DNA from: Microbacterium sp.
GTDB taxonomy: Bacteria; Actinomycetota; Actinomycetes; Actinomycetales; Microbacteriaceae
NCBI GenBank assembly: GCA_047607025.1
Contig: JASGDS010000073.1
Span: 1-40,432, forward strand
DNA length: 40,432 nucleotides
Direction of reading: 5' to 3'
Shown in pieces: positions 1 through 9,077 of the stretch. The position numbers and the translations under genes were made by a program. The notes below the pieces were generated by a model, which saw only the letters and a program-made list of their open reading frames with translations, had not been told where the DNA came from and did not search any database. Positions within the stretch are counted from its first letter, which is position 1; every line of letters starts with the position of its first letter.

Positions 1-705
1 GATCGGGTGCGCCCGATGGTCACCGACACCTCACTGCTGCTGAAGGAGGCGATTGATCGTGGCGAAGTCGTGGTGTTCGAGGGCGGGCAGGCGACCATGC
101 TGGATGTCGACCACGGTACGTACCCGTTCGTCACCTCATCGTCGGCGACGGCGGGCGGGGCGGCCACAGGCTCGGGCGTGGGGCCAGGGCGACTCGACCG
201 CATCGTCGGCATCGTCAAGGCCTACACCACGCGTGTGGGCTCAGGCCCTTTCCCGACCGAGCTCGAGGACGAGCAGGGCGAGTGGCTGCGCACGGCCGGC
301 GCCGAGTTCGGCACGACGACGGGTCGCCCACGCCGCGTGGGCTGGTACGACGCGCTCATCACGAAGTACGCCACTCGCATCAACGGCATCACCGACCTCG
401 TGCTCACCAAGCTCGACATCCTGACGGGGCTCGAGCAGATTCCGGTGTGCGTCGCCTACGACGTCGATGGCGTGCGCTTCGACGACATTCCGGTGAACCA
501 GACCGACTTCCACCACGCGACGCCCATCCTGCAGAACTTCCCCGGTTGGTCAGAGGACATCTCCACCGCCCGCACCTTCGAGGAGCTGCCGCAGAACGCG
601 CAGGACTACGTGCTGGCACTGGAGAGGATGAGCGGCACCCGCATCTCGGTGATCGGCGTCGGCCCCGCGCGCGACGCCGTCATCGTGCGCCACGACCTGG
701 TGTAG
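1..705 (+). CDS. purA: Adenylosuccinate synthetase, C-terminal part (5' end outside window)
   Basis: Motifs [57 protein letters not shown]; frame open from base 1. Confidence 0.98.
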   Translation, partial: DRVRPMVTDTSLLLKEAIDRGEVVVFEGGQATMLDVDHGTYPFVTSSSATAGGAATGSGVGPGRLDRIVGIVKAYTTRVGSGPFPTELEDEQGEWLRTAGAEFGTTTGRPRRVGWYDALITKYATRINGITDLVLTKLDILTGLEQIPVCVAYDVDGVRFDDIPVNQTDFHHATPILQNFPGWSEDISTARTFEELPQNAQDYVLALERMSGTRISVIGVGPARDAVIVRHDLV

Positions 706-752
706 CCCGGCGGCTCCCGGGAGTGACGCGTCGGCGGCGGAAGCCCTCCGAG

Positions 753-769
753 CGTCATGTGACGTTATG
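753..769. promoter_or_regulatory. Putative transcription-factor site CGTCATGTGACGTTATG upstream of the ATP-grasp gene
   Basis: Reverse complement CATAACGTCACATGACG matches 11834-11850 (CATAACGCGACATGACG) at 15/17; ends 27 nt before a TACCGT -10-like hexamer. Confidence 0.55.
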
Positions 770-796
770 TGGGAGCAGCGGGCGCAGGGATCGGGA

Positions 797-802
797 TACC
801 GT
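797..802 (+). promoter_or_regulatory. -10 hexamer TACCGT, probable leaderless transcript
   Basis: TANNNT 6 nt before ATG 809, no Shine-Dalgarno; typical actinobacterial leaderless geometry. Confidence 0.55.
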
Positions 803-808
803 GGCGAC

Positions 809-1765
809 ATGACCTCCGAGCCGCAGGTGTACGTGATCCACGAGAACGCGGAATGGTTCCCGCCGTTCCGCGCCGCTTTCGAGGCGGCGGGCGTGCCTGC
901 CGAGCAGTGGCTGCTGACCGACGGGTCGATCGACCTCGATTCAGAGCCGCCGCAGGGCGTCTTCTGGTCGCGCCTGTCGGCATCCGCTCACACCCGCGAT
1001 CACGCCGAATCGAAGGAGTACGGCCGTTCCGTGCTGCGGTGGCTGGAATCGTGGGGCCGCACGGTGGTCGGCGGCTCGAACGTGCTGGAGTTGGAGGTGA
1101 GCAAGGTCGCCCAGCACGCCGCCCTGCGCGCCGTCGGCATCGATGTGCCCCGCACGAGCGCGGTCTTCGGACGGGCGGGGCTCGCCGAGAAGGCACGAGC
1201 CTTCGACGCGCCGTTCATCAGCAAGCACAACCAGGGCGGAAAGGGCCTGGGCGTGCGCCGTTGGGACAGCCACGACGACTTCGCCGCGTGGGTCGCCGGC
1301 CCCGACTTCGAGCCGTCGCCCGACGGCATCACGCTGCTGCAGGAATACCTCTGGGCGGCGGCGCCCTTCATCACGCGCGCCGAATTCGTCGCGGGCGAGC
1401 TCGTCTACGCCGTGCGCGTGGACACCTCCGCCGGCAGTTTCGAGCTGTGCCCGGCCGAGGCGTGCGCGGTCGACGGCGCAGACGGCACCCCTGCGCCGCC
1501 GCTGTTCCAGCTGCGGAACGAGGTCACCCGCGACTCGCCGCTGATCGGTCAGTATCGGCAGTTCCTGCGCGAGAACGGCATCCGCATCGCGGGCATCGAG
1601 TTCGTCGAGACCCTGGATGGCCGCACCGTCACCTACGACGTGAACACCAACACCAACTACAACCCCGATGTCGAGGCGTCAGCCGCACTCTCCGGGCCGG
1701 GCGAGATCGCCCGCTACCTCGGTGCGCTGCTGACCGCCGAGGCGGGGGTGCCTGCCGCGGCATGA
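809..1765 (+). CDS. ATP-grasp ligase, RimK/glutathione-synthetase-like, function unknown
   Basis: SKVAQH, KHNQGGKGLGV loop, LLQEY, RAEFV, GIEF and YDVNTNTNYN motifs; start placed at ATG 809 from the -10 element. Confidence 0.85.
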   Translation: MTSEPQVYVIHENAEWFPPFRAAFEAAGVPAEQWLLTDGSIDLDSEPPQGVFWSRLSASAHTRDHAESKEYGRSVLRWLESWGRTVVGGSNVLELEVSKVAQHAALRAVGIDVPRTSAVFGRAGLAEKARAFDAPFISKHNQGGKGLGVRRWDSHDDFAAWVAGPDFEPSPDGITLLQEYLWAAAPFITRAEFVAGELVYAVRVDTSAGSFELCPAEACAVDGADGTPAPPLFQLRNEVTRDSPLIGQYRQFLRENGIRIAGIEFVETLDGRTVTYDVNTNTNYNPDVEASAALSGPGEIARYLGALLTAEAGVPAAA

Positions 1766-1785
1766 CGCCCGCCACCAAGGACGAG

Positions 1786-2203
1786 GTTCAGTAGGAGAAA
1801 AGGCGTGAGTAGGAGATCTCCGGCGTGAAACCTCCTACTTTCGCCAGATCTCCGATGTAAGCCACTCACGTGCAGTGAGTTGCGCACGCTTTAAGTATCG
1901 AAACCGTTCTCTATGCACTGCGCCTCGATCCCCGCGACCTCTTCGCATCCAGCCCCCGCCAAGGTCTCCGTTCAGTAGGAGAAAACGCGTCAGTAGGAGA
2001 TCTCCGACGTAAGCCACCGAGGTGCAGCGCCCCGCGCACCCTTTGGCCGTCGAAGCCGTGCGATACCTACGGCACCTCCGCAGGCATCATCTGTGTCGTC
2101 GGCACGCTCCGACGCACGCGCCCCAATGCCGCCACAACACCTCACGTGCAGTGGTTTGCGCACGGATTGCTCATCGAAACCGTGCCTTTCGCACTGCACC
2201 TCG
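1786..2203. repeat. Cluster of REP-like palindromic elements, two types (A,B,A',B',B'')
   Basis: Type A GTTCAGTAGGAGAAAA..GAGTAGGAGATCTCCG at 1786 and 1970, with inverted CTCCTACT at 1832-1839. Type B (C)GTGCAGTG..GCGCACG..CGAAACCGT..CACTGC(A/G)CCTCG at ~1866-1927, ~2018-2079, ~2141-2203. Lies between convergent genes. Confidence 0.8.
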
Positions 2204-2234
2204 GCGCGTGCCGGCCTCCTGAATGTGCGGGGCG

Positions 2235-3380
2235 CTACGGCAGGCGCCCGTTGACGGCGGCGTCGCCGACGATGCGTGCCACATAGACGCGCGGGTTGTG
2301 CGAGGCGATCGTGCGTGCGTTGCGCCAGTGCCGGTCGAGGGCGAAGGAAGCACTCGTTCCCGACGAGCCGAGTGCGTCGAACACCGCGGATGCCGCGTCG
2401 AGCACGTTCTGCGTGACCACGAGCTGGGTGCGGTAGGTGGCCAGACGGCTCGCCGACCAGTCATCGTCGGATGACTCCAGGTCGGCGTCGAGCGCGTCCA
2501 GCGAGGCGAGAAACGCCGACTCCGCAGCCCACGCATGTGCCGAGACGCGGCCGAGCACCTCCAGCAGCTCGGGGTCGTCGGCGGGTGCAGGCGAAAGCGC
2601 GTTCGGATGGCTGCGCCCCCGAGCACGGAGGGCGGCCGCACCATCCCGAACCAGGGCGTTCGCGATGCCGACGAGCAGCGCGTTGAGTGTCGACTGATAG
2701 AACTGCAGCTGGTAGACGTAGCGCGCCTCGTAACGGAAGACATTCTCGGTCGGAACATGCACGTTCTCGTAAGTGACCGAACCGCTTCCGGTGAGGCGCT
2801 GGCCGAAGCCGTCCCAGTCATCGCCGATCGTCACGCCGGGCGCGGAGGTGTTGACGAGCGCCACAACCTGCGTGCCGTCGGGTTCGAGAGCGAGCACCGT
2901 TGCCCAGTCTGCATAGATGCTGCCGGTGGTGTAATACTTCACGCCGCTCAGGAGCCATCCGCCCTCGGTCGCAACCAAGTGCGTCGAGATGCCAGGGGTG
3001 CCGGTGCCAGGCTCACTCCAGCCGCCGCCGATGATCTCGCCGCGGCCGAGGCGGCGCAGCCACTCATCCGAACGAGGATCGTCACGCCCCGCCAGTCGAT
3101 CCTCGAGGAACGACACGTGGTTGCGCCAGATGTGGGCGAGGTTCACGTCGGCGACCGCGAGCTCAGAGATCAGTCGCAGCACGGTCGAGAGTCTTGCCCC
3201 CTCGCCGCCCAGGTCGCGAGGCACGCGCAACCCCGCGAACCCCGCATCGATGAGCAGCTGCAGCTGCTCGCGGGGCGGGATGCCCCCTCGCTCGCGCTCG
3301 GATTCGCCATCCGCGATCTGCGCGAACAGCGGGCGGAATCGTTCGGCGAGGCGCCGGAACTCTTCCTCGACGCTGCTCAC
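2235..3380 (-). CDS. Acyl-CoA dehydrogenase-fold flavin-dependent monooxygenase, DszC/SfnB-like
   Basis: KYYTTGSIYADW, DDWDGFGQRLTGSG, LDRHWRNARTIASHNP; GTG start overlaps the upstream stop (GTGA). Confidence 0.9.
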   Translation of the reverse strand: MSSVEEEFRRLAERFRPLFAQIADGESERERGGIPPREQLQLLIDAGFAGLRVPRDLGGEGARLSTVLRLISELAVADVNLAHIWRNHVSFLEDRLAGRDDPRSDEWLRRLGRGEIIGGGWSEPGTGTPGISTHLVATEGGWLLSGVKYYTTGSIYADWATVLALEPDGTQVVALVNTSAPGVTIGDDWDGFGQRLTGSGSVTYENVHVPTENVFRYEARYVYQLQFYQSTLNALLVGIANALVRDGAAALRARGRSHPNALSPAPADDPELLEVLGRVSAHAWAAESAFLASLDALDADLESSDDDWSASRLATYRTQLVVTQNVLDAASAVFDALGSSGTSASFALDRHWRNARTIASHNPRVYVARIVGDAAVNGRLP

Positions 3381-4711
3381 CTGGCGGCCGCCTTTCGCCG
3401 CGCCAGTCGGCCTCGCAGGGTCGCGTCCTCGTACTCGTGGCGGAACAGCCCGCGTGCGCGCAACAGGGGCAGCACCTCGTCGATGAGCGTCGTGAGTCCA
3501 CTGGGGAACACCGGCGGCATGAGGTTGAATCCGTCGGCCGCGCCCGCTCGGAACCAGGTCTCGAGCGTGTCTGCGACGTCTTCCGGCGTGCCGACGATGA
3601 TCGGATGGCCGTAGCCGCCGTACTGACGCAGCAGCTCGCGCACCGTGAGGCCGTGTGCGCGGGCGAAGCGCACGGTCGTCGAGCGGAACGACAGCGATGA
3701 TGCGAACCCCGCCTGATCTTCCGGCACTTCGGTGACCCAATCGGGCAGCGGCTCGTCGAGATCGATGTCGGTCGCGTCGATGCCGAGCATGCCCGACAGG
3801 CGCCGCAGCGAATAGTCCGGTGGCCCGAGCGCCTCCCACTCGTCATAGAGCCGCACGGCCTCCTCGTGCGTGCTGCCGATCACGAGCGCGAAGCCGGGCA
3901 GCACCGTCACCTCATTCGGGTCGCGACCTGCCGTGGCTGCCAGCCGCTTCACGGTGGCGTAGTGCTCAAGAGCCGCATCGAGCGTCATCTCGGCCGTGAA
4001 CACGGCGTCGGCGCGGCGTGCGGCGAGCGCACGCCCAGCGGGTGAGCCGCCGGCCTGCACGAGCGTCGGGCGGCCGGATGGCGCGAGCGGCAGATCGAGG
4101 CGGGCCGACCCTCCGCCGAACGCGGCGGGAACCGGCACCTCTCTGGTCGACTCCCACAGCCGCGTCACGAAGGCGACGAACTCCTCCGCCCGGGCGTAGC
4201 GCGAGTCGCGATCGAGGCCATCCGTCACGCCGAAATTCGCGCCGACGTGGGGCGACGCGGTCGTCACCACGTTCCATCCCGCCCGCCCGCCCGACGCCAG
4301 ATCGAGCGTGAGCACGCGCGCGGCAAGGTCGACCGGATCGTTGTAGGTCGAGGTGAGAGTGCCGACCAGGCCGATGCGGGTGGTCGCGGCGGCGACCGCG
4401 GCCAGCAGCACGCTCGGCTCCAGAGCGCCGGATGGTCGTGCCGCCGGATCGTCGAGGGCGGGAGTGTCGGCGAGGAACAGCGCATCGAACGCCCCGCGCT
4501 CGGCCTCCTGCGCAACGCGCACCCAGTAGTCGCGGTCGATGAAGCTCGTGGCGTTCAGGTCGGGCGACTGCCAGGCGGCGGGACGCTGGCCGAGGCCGAG
4601 CACGTTGACGCCGAGCACCATCTGATCGCGTGCACCTGGCGCACGACCGGGGACGGCGGAGGTCGAGGAGAGGAGGCCCTGCGAGCTGGGGGCCGCGATG
4701 GGCGTCGTCAC
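3377..4711 (-). CDS. NtaA/DmoA/DszA-family FMNH2-dependent monooxygenase (LLM)
   Basis: AERGAFDALFLAD, LEPSVLLAAVAAATTRIGL, GGRAGWNVVT, QAGGSPAGRALAAR, VGTPEDVAD, GLFRHEY; GTG start with GAAGGGAG RBS overlapping the upstream stop. Confidence 0.92.
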   Translation of the reverse strand: MTTPIAAPSSQGLLSSTSAVPGRAPGARDQMVLGVNVLGLGQRPAAWQSPDLNATSFIDRDYWVRVAQEAERGAFDALFLADTPALDDPAARPSGALEPSVLLAAVAAATTRIGLVGTLTSTYNDPVDLAARVLTLDLASGGRAGWNVVTTASPHVGANFGVTDGLDRDSRYARAEEFVAFVTRLWESTREVPVPAAFGGGSARLDLPLAPSGRPTLVQAGGSPAGRALAARRADAVFTAEMTLDAALEHYATVKRLAATAGRDPNEVTVLPGFALVIGSTHEEAVRLYDEWEALGPPDYSLRRLSGMLGIDATDIDLDEPLPDWVTEVPEDQAGFASSLSFRSTTVRFARAHGLTVRELLRQYGGYGHPIIVGTPEDVADTLETWFRAGAADGFNLMPPVFPSGLTTLIDEVLPLLRARGLFRHEYEDATLRGRLARRKAAAR

Positions 4712-5508
4712 AGGATGATCTCCCTTCGCGCGAACGCGGGTGCGCTCGCGGTCAGCACGGGCTCCGCCGCACCGAGGCCCAGCACCTCCCGCAGCGCCAG
4801 CGCGTCGTCGTGCTTGCGCCAGCCGTCGTCGATCAGCGCACCGATCGCCGCGGGGATCTCGGCGGGGTCGAACACCGCGAGGGGCCCGGCATCCGCGCCG
4901 AGCAGCCCGAGACGGTGCGAGGCGTCGAAGGCGGGCAGGGCGAGGTCGGCACCGATGTCGCTCGCCCACGAGGCGACGGGCGGAGCCTCGGCGACGGGCA
5001 CCTGCAGCGGACCCCGCGCCTGCCACAGCCCGTCGTGGTCGGCTACGCGGATCTCGCTCGACTCGACGAACAGCCGCCGCTCCCGGTCGGCCACGACCGA
5101 TGACACGGGCCAGGTCTGCCACAGCGCGCGCAGCACCTGCACCCCGTCTCGAGCGAGTTCGCCCGGTGACGCGCCGCGTGCCGTCGGCAGCACGGTGGCG
5201 GATGGCCGCAGCGCGACGCCGGCACGGGCGCGGGTCAGCTCGCCGAGCGACGCGATGCGTCGGGCGAGGTTGTAGGGGAAGTCGCGGGCGAGGCTCGCCG
5301 TCACCAGCCAGCGGGCGCGAGGGAACCTGGTCGCCAGCGCCGACGCGATGACGGACGCATCGGCCGACGGCGCTTCGTCCGGCAGCCCCACGATGACGAC
5401 GTCGACCGCCTCGAGCCAGGCGGCGAGCGGATGGTCGCCATCCTGCAGCACCCGAAGGCCCTCCGCGGTCGATACGGCAAGCGCGGCCGCTCCGGCGTGT
5501 GATGACAT
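4708..5508 (-). CDS. Shortened, divergent NtaA/LLM-like protein (266 aa)
   Basis: Keeps PYNLARRIASL..L...RAG and LRALWQTW..VADRERRLF..HDG.W..RGPLQVP segments of the NtaA family but lacks recognisable FLAD, GWNVVT and QAG-S motifs; GAGGTGG RBS; translationally coupled to the NtaA gene. Confidence 0.7.
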   Translation of the reverse strand: MSSHAGAAALAVSTAEGLRVLQDGDHPLAAWLEAVDVVIVGLPDEAPSADASVIASALATRFPRARWLVTASLARDFPYNLARRIASLGELTRARAGVALRPSATVLPTARGASPGELARDGVQVLRALWQTWPVSSVVADRERRLFVESSEIRVADHDGLWQARGPLQVPVAEAPPVASWASDIGADLALPAFDASHRLGLLGADAGPLAVFDPAEIPAAIGALIDDGWRKHDDALALREVLGLGAAEPVLTASAPAFARREIIL

Positions 5509-5583
5509 TCCACCTCGGCTCTCGTGCACGCGATGATCGCGGCCCTCACCATCCTTGCGTTTTCGCACTCACGGCGCTCGATT

Positions 5584-5641
5584 GTTACGCCAGGGATGAC
5601 GGAATGTGTAGTCGCGTGACGCGCGGAGTCGCCTCGTGACG
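5584..5641. promoter_or_regulatory. Phased RTGACG repeats in divergent promoter region
   Basis: ATGACG 5596, GTGACG 5616, GTGACG 5636 (exact 20-bp period), GTTACG 5584; -10 TACGCT at 5672-5677, 7 nt before ATG 5685. Confidence 0.5.
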
Positions 5642-5684
5642 CCCCGCTCGCGCTGCCATCCGGCCTGCTTCTACGCTCGGCGGC

Positions 5685-6659
5685 ATGCTTCAGATTCGAA
5701 ACGTCACGAAGACCTTCCGTCAGGGCGGGCGCATCATCACCGCCCTCGATGATGTCTCGCTGACCATCCCCGCCGGCACGATCTTCGGCATCGCCGGGCG
5801 CAGCGGTGCGGGCAAGTCGACGTTGTTCCGGGTGATCACGGCGCTGCAGCGGCCGGACAGCGGAAGCGTTGAAATCGAGGGAGATGACCTGTTCCGCCTC
5901 GGCAGGCGTGCGCTGCGCGAGCGCAGGCGACGCATCGGTATCGTGTTTCAGCAGTTCAATCTGCTGCACGGGCGCACCGCGCTGCAGAATGTCGCGCTGC
6001 CGCTGGAGTTCGCTGGCGTTCCCCGCGAGAAGGGCCGCGCACGCGCCGCCGAGCTGCTTGACCTGGTGGGTCTTGCCGACCGCGCGGGCAACTATCCGTC
6101 GCAGCTCTCCGGCGGGCAGAAACAGCGCGTGGGCATCGCCCGAGCGCTCGCGGCCGAGCCGACCGTGCTGCTCTCCGACGAGGCGACGAGTGCCTTGGAT
6201 GGCGAGACCACCGAGCAGATCCTCGACCTTCTCACGCAGGTGAACCGAGAGCTGGGGGTGTCGGTGGTGCTCATCACGCACGAGCTGGAGATTCTGCGCA
6301 AGCGCACCGAGCGCGTCGCATCGTTCGAGGCGGGGCGCCTGGTCGAGGAGGGGCGGGTGATCGACCTCGTGAGCGACCCGCAGTCGGCGCTCGGCCGCAG
6401 CCTGCTGCCCCGTTTCTTTTCGGACGCCCCCATCGTCGGGCGTCGTGCGCTCGTCACCCTGCACGGCGAGCAGAACTCGGATGGCTTTCTCGCGTCGCTC
6501 GGCCGCGACGCCGATTACCTCGTGCGGTCGGGCGCGGTGTACACGGTGGTCGGCGAGCACCTGTCGCGGTTCGAGCTCGACCTTCCCGATGCCCGTGCCG
6601 TTGAGGCGCTGGAACGTCGACGAGTGCCCGATCTCGTGACGGTGGAGTACGCCGCATGA
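5685..6659 (+). CDS. metN: MetN-like ABC transporter ATP-binding protein
   Basis: Walker A GRSGAGKST, FQQFNLL, YPSQLSGGQKQRVGIARALA, DEATSALD, C-terminal NIL-like extension; first gene of a metNIQ-order operon. Confidence 0.88.
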   Translation: MLQIRNVTKTFRQGGRIITALDDVSLTIPAGTIFGIAGRSGAGKSTLFRVITALQRPDSGSVEIEGDDLFRLGRRALRERRRRIGIVFQQFNLLHGRTALQNVALPLEFAGVPREKGRARAAELLDLVGLADRAGNYPSQLSGGQKQRVGIARALAAEPTVLLSDEATSALDGETTEQILDLLTQVNRELGVSVVLITHELEILRKRTERVASFEAGRLVEEGRVIDLVSDPQSALGRSLLPRFFSDAPIVGRRALVTLHGEQNSDGFLASLGRDADYLVRSGAVYTVVGEHLSRFELDLPDARAVEALERRRVPDLVTVEYAA

Positions 6660-7345
6660 CCGCCAGCACCCCGTGGCAGCTACTGTGGCAGGCCACGCTC
6701 GAGACGCTCTACATGGTGGCGGCGACGTTCGCGCTGACGCTCGTCTTCGGCACCGCGCTCGGGCTCTTCCTCTTCCTCACCGCGCCATCCTCGCTCTTCG
6801 CGGAGCGCCTGCGCGGGGCATCACGCACGGTCATCGTGGTCTTCCATCACGTCTTCAGCACTCTCGTGAACATCGTGCGGTCGCTGCCGTTCGTCGTGCT
6901 GCTCATCGCGATCATCCCTTTTACGCGGCTCGTGGCGGGCACAGCGCTCGGACCGACGGCGGCGCTCGTGCCGCTGACGATCGCCACTCTCGGCTTCTTC
7001 GCGCGCGTCGTCGATAACGCGCTGCACGAGGTGGATGCCGGTCGCCTGGACGCCGTTGAGGCGATGGGCGCATCCACCGGCCAGCTCGTCTTCCGTGTGC
7101 TGCTGCCCGAGTCGGCGAGTGCGCTCATCGCAGGGTCGACCCTGACGCTGATCGCCACCGTCGGCAATGTGGCGCTTGCGGGAACGATCGGCGCAGGCGG
7201 CCTCGGCGACTTCGCGATCAAATACGGCTACCAGCGCTATGACGACGCGCTGATGTGGATCACCGTGCTCGTGCTCGTCATCATCGTGCAGGCCATCCAG
7301 ATCGCGGGCGACGTGTGGTTGCGCCGCCGCGCACACAAACGCTGA
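6656..7345 (+). CDS. metI: MetI-like ABC permease
   Basis: ETLYMV, VNIVRSLPFVVLL, ALVPLTI, EAMGAS, IGAGGLGDFAIKYGYQRY. Confidence 0.9.
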   Translation: MTASTPWQLLWQATLETLYMVAATFALTLVFGTALGLFLFLTAPSSLFAERLRGASRTVIVVFHHVFSTLVNIVRSLPFVVLLIAIIPFTRLVAGTALGPTAALVPLTIATLGFFARVVDNALHEVDAGRLDAVEAMGASTGQLVFRVLLPESASALIAGSTLTLIATVGNVALAGTIGAGGLGDFAIKYGYQRYDDALMWITVLVLVIIVQAIQIAGDVWLRRRAHKR

Positions 7346-7371
7346 CCCATCCACCCACCCAGAGGAACATC

Positions 7372-8259
7372 ATGAAACGACACCTTGCCCGCACACTGAC
7401 CGCACTCGCTCTCACCGGAGCCCTCGTGACGCTCGCCGCCTGCTCCGGCGGGGCATCCGGATCGGACGCGAACGGAAAATGGACAAGCGAAGACCAGCCG
7501 CTGCGCATCTGGAGTGACAACCGTCCGCACTCCGAGATATTGCAGTACATCATCGATGAGGGGCTGCTGTCCGACGACGTCACGCTCGACATCACACTCG
7601 CCGATTACAACGTGAACGAGAACGAGACCGTCGAGAACGGTGACGTCGACGCCACCTACATCGACCACATCCCGTTCTTCGAGACCGACACCGCCGAGCG
7701 CGGCATCACCGATCTGCAGGTGGCGGCCAAGGTGCATATTGAGCCGCAGGGGCTGTATTCGGCGAAATACGACTCGATCGATGACATCCCGGATGACGCC
7801 ACCATCGGCATCCCCGACAACGTCACCAATTTCGCGCGCGGCCTGTTCCTGCTCCAGAGCGCGGGACTCATCGAGCTGGACCGCTCGTACGACGGCGGTG
7901 AGCTCTCGGGCGACGACCTGCTCATCACCGAGGACAACATCACGTCGAACCCCAAGAACATCCAGCTGCTTAAGGTCTCGGACAACACCCAACTCGCCAG
8001 GCAGCTGCAGGATGTCGATGCGGCCGTGCTGCAGGGCAACGCCGCGCTGGGTGTCGACCTGGTGCCATCCGAGGATGCGCTCGTGCTCGAGGACTCTCAG
8101 AACGGCAACCCCTACATCAATGTGCTCGTCGTGCCGACGGCGCTCGCCGACGATAAGCGCGTCGTCGCGCTGTCGGAGGCACTCGAGAGCCAGCAGGTCG
8201 CCGACTGGATCACCGAGACCTACCAGGGCAGCGTCCTTCCCGTGAATCACGTCGATTGA
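7372..8259 (+). CDS. metQ: MetQ/NlpA-family ABC substrate-binding lipoprotein
   Basis: Lipobox LAAC, PHSEIL, VHIEPQGLYS, IPDNVTNFARGL.LLQ.AGLI, NPKN, PYIN; AGAGGA RBS before ATG 7372. Confidence 0.85.
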   Translation: MKRHLARTLTALALTGALVTLAACSGGASGSDANGKWTSEDQPLRIWSDNRPHSEILQYIIDEGLLSDDVTLDITLADYNVNENETVENGDVDATYIDHIPFFETDTAERGITDLQVAAKVHIEPQGLYSAKYDSIDDIPDDATIGIPDNVTNFARGLFLLQSAGLIELDRSYDGGELSGDDLLITEDNITSNPKNIQLLKVSDNTQLARQLQDVDAAVLQGNAALGVDLVPSEDALVLEDSQNGNPYINVLVVPTALADDKRVVALSEALESQQVADWITETYQGSVLPVNHVD

Positions 8260-8313
8260 ACCTGCGGGTGCCGCCCGGATCGTCGAACCCAAGATGTGGG
8301 GTCGAAGAAGAAC

Positions 8314-8990
8314 ATGCGTTCACGACTCATCCTTGCCCTCCCGGTGATTGCGGGCCTCGCCGTTGCGCTTGCGGCCTGCGGTTCTGGCGACGACACGTCC
8401 GCCGCTCTATCCACCCAGGCGCCTCCGCCCGTCGCATCGGACACACCATCATCAAGCGAGGCACCGAGCGAGCAGCCGTCGGGGACCTCTGCGCGAAGCG
8501 ACTCGGCCACACCGACCGACGGGTCGGAGCCGACGGCATCCACCGACCCGAACGCCCCCGAAGGCCAGTGCGAGGACGACGCCCTGAGTGTGGATGTCGT
8601 GCCGGACGAGGGCGGCGCTGGTGTGGGCAGCATCGGATTCCAGGTCACCTTCACGAAACAGGGCGACACGTCGTGTGTGCTCGCGGGGACCCCGGCGTGT
8701 CCGTCGCCGGAAACGGTGACGGAACCCAGCTCGGTGAGGCGGCCGATCGCGCGAACAACGATGCAGAGGTCGTGGCCCTCGTCCCGGGCGCGACGGTCGC
8801 CGCTCCGCTGACGTCGGTGGAACTCGGCGCGAGCGGCGGTGCTCTCGGCTGCCCGACCGAGACGGCCGACGGACGGCGCGTCTACCCGCCGCATTCCTAC
8901 ATGGCGGTGTTCGTGAAGGATCCCAGCACGATCGCCTGCACCGACGAACAGGTCTTCCTGCACCTGCTCGGCCCCGTCGCCGCCCAGTGA
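8314..8990 (+). pseudogene. DUF4232-like lipoprotein with a single-base frameshift
   Basis: Lipobox LAAC, S/T/P/A linker, C..D.L and FT..G..SC.L.G, then a frame change near 8688/8689 (GCG GGG -AC CCC GGC GTG; one added base restores G-x-P-G-V-S), continuing LVPGATV..L and RVYPP to TGA 8990. Confidence 0.7.
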
Positions 8991-9060
8991 CCTGACGGAT
9001 TGCGGTCGCCCTGACGTTCTGCGGTCCGATGTGGTCGTTTCGTCCGCAGGGCGTCAGGTC
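8989..9060. repeat. REP-like palindromic element (CTGACG-N4-GCGG family)
   Basis: Perfect 9-bp terminal inverted repeat GACCTGACG/CGTCAGGTC, two left arms and one right arm; related element at 29728-29816. Confidence 0.7.
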
Positions 9061-9077
9061 TCCCGCACTCCGTTGAG

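Noticed and set aside
1786-2203. CRISPR array
   Set aside because: Repeats are degenerate, of two types, irregularly spaced, and no cas genes are present.
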